A DNA stretch of 64,000 nt from Marsupella aquatica (taxonomy: Eukaryota > Plantae > Marchantiophyta), in NCBI GenBank assembly GCA_973895155.1, contig OZ316893.1, positions 22,913,844 through 22,977,843 on the forward strand. The letters are read 5' to 3'. Below the pieces are notes generated by a model. That model was not told the DNA's origin and made no database searches. It saw only the letters and a program-made list of their open reading frames with translations. A program made the position numbers and the translations under genes. Shown piece after piece: positions 62,201 through 64,000 of this stretch; positions within the stretch are counted from its first letter, which is position 1, and the number at the start of each line of letters is the position of its first letter.

Positions 62201-64000
62201 CCATTTGCGGTAGTTTTAGTTCCCCTTTCTTGGTTCTTAGAGGTTTCCTTTTGTTCACGTCTTTTGCATTTGGTTTTGCCCACTTGGGACCTCTTTTGTT
62301 TATTCTTTGGTACTCTGTTTTGCCCTTTTCTATAAAAAGTTTGTGTGTATTTCAAATTTTTGGCCTTGTACTACTACTCTTATGCATTTTTTGAAATGAT
62401 GGTTCTACATGTAGACTAGGTTAAGCATGGAAAATGCAATCGTCATCGCCCTATGTCCATCTACGTGTCATATTTTTGCTGTCGGTCAATCTCAAAAGCT
62501 TAAATGATTGCAGCTTTGCAATTTTCAATCTCAAAAGTCTTTATCACGGTACTGTGGGGGAAGGTGGGACCGCGAAGATACTATGGTGCCGCGGAGAGAT
62601 GGAGAGTTGCCAGGACCAGGTCTGGTCCGTGGTCGGTCTCCTGCTGTTTGTGTGGTTCTGGTTGAATACTCGATTAGTTTAGGTCCTATGGTTCTCTCCC
62701 TGGGCCCTCACTCTTACTATATTAAGTGAACCCCCCTGAGAACAGACACCCCCCGTGTACCCCTTCTTAATATTTTTGTTCACAAAAAAAAATCCCTTGT
62801 TAATGTAAAAACATTATTTTTTCCTATAAAAATTTATCCTTTTGTAAATTATAACAGAGTTTTTCAAGGAATTAAAAAAACCCTTGAATTTTTAAAAATT
62901 GTAAATATCATACTGAAACATAAAAGATTCTATTTTGCATAGGGGAATATTATGTTACGCTGATGTTCACGGTACATATTTTATGTAGATCATAACAAAA
63001 TTAATACTAAAGATTTATAGTTCTTCCTAGAGTATATGACTATAACTCAGGCAACTTGTAGACCTCATAGAGATAAACTGAACTAGTACAAAGGCATTAT
63101 TATGCTATGCTATATCCTTAGTCCAGCAGGAATAATTGCATATATACTACTTATGTAAACTCCAATTGCTAAATTATTCTATCTTGACTAAGAATGGTAT
63201 GACATCAACCATTAACACCAAATGATAAGTAGAGTTTTTGGCAACTTCTTTCATGCAACCTGACACATCAAACCACACATTAATCATATATATTCTAGAC
63301 ACAAAGTACTAATAATACAAAAAATGACTACTGAAATTTGTGGAGAGTAATACCATCAAATCTCCTTTGGCTGAAATTGTTACTTAGACATGGTGGGTAA
63401 TTTTCCTGCCATATCTGCAATCAAACAACTGTGAGCACCGGGTACCCCCCCCAACCCAATGATCAAGGGAGTTCACCACCCCACACACAAACACACCTGG
63501 CCTCATACCTGGCCATTTGATTCGAGGGAATTCAAAAGTAATCTTGTTTGTCTATGTGGGATTGATTCATGGGTCCCCATCAATCCCAAAACCCAAACGA
63601 GTTGGGCCCCAAAATCCTGGCCCAACATTTACTTAACTCCCAACTTAACACATGCGGGTAAACAAGTCTACCATGCAAGCCCATGAAACCAAACTTGCCT
63701 TAAGAGGATAAATAATTAAATGTCTGATTTACTATATGGACATGTGTGCCAATGAAGTGATGACATGTGTGCCAACCATATAGTGACACGTGTCCTTGGC
63801 ATTTTAGGTACCCTTGCATAAGATTAATGTGACATGTATTTGATAAGAGCCTTATTACTAATATTGTGATGAATGTATATACATGGATGTTGCCTACTTT
63901 AAAAAATATTATAAAAATTAGTTTGCATTACATTAAAAATACCCTTGCGTTGTTCGCACGTCCTCCCTGCATTAGTAACGCTGAGGGCCCAGGGGGTTCT

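Overview
Eukaryotic, TE-rich plant DNA, most likely a liverwort: it has a hydrolase-type NLR and retroelement ORFs resembling Marchantia-type families (inference). 1-10 kb holds a 5-exon minus-strand NLR (N-terminal hydrophobic segment, alpha/beta-hydrolase, NB-ARC, LRR, then ~133-aa TPR-like repeats) and a partial duplicate of its 3' end. 11.4-45.5 kb is a ~15.4-kb inversion bracketed by a near-identical 7.8-kb inverted duplication; rejoining the breakpoints restores an ORF stop codon. The inverted segment carries two different DNA methyltransferase systems. One is a decayed Ty3/gypsy element with a DNMT3-like C5 cytosine MTase between protease and RT and a PHD finger after integrase. The other, directly downstream, is an intron-containing, bacterial-type beta-class N4C/N6A amino-MTase gene. 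The rest is nested TEs (a CACAGTG-ended hairpin-array element, MITEs with 4-, 5- and 8-bp TSDs, a Bianca-like TRIM, more gypsy fragments, a CRE-like LINE split by an ORF-carrying TG..CA insertion) and a cox2 NUMT. All assignments are by eye from motifs; no database searches were run.
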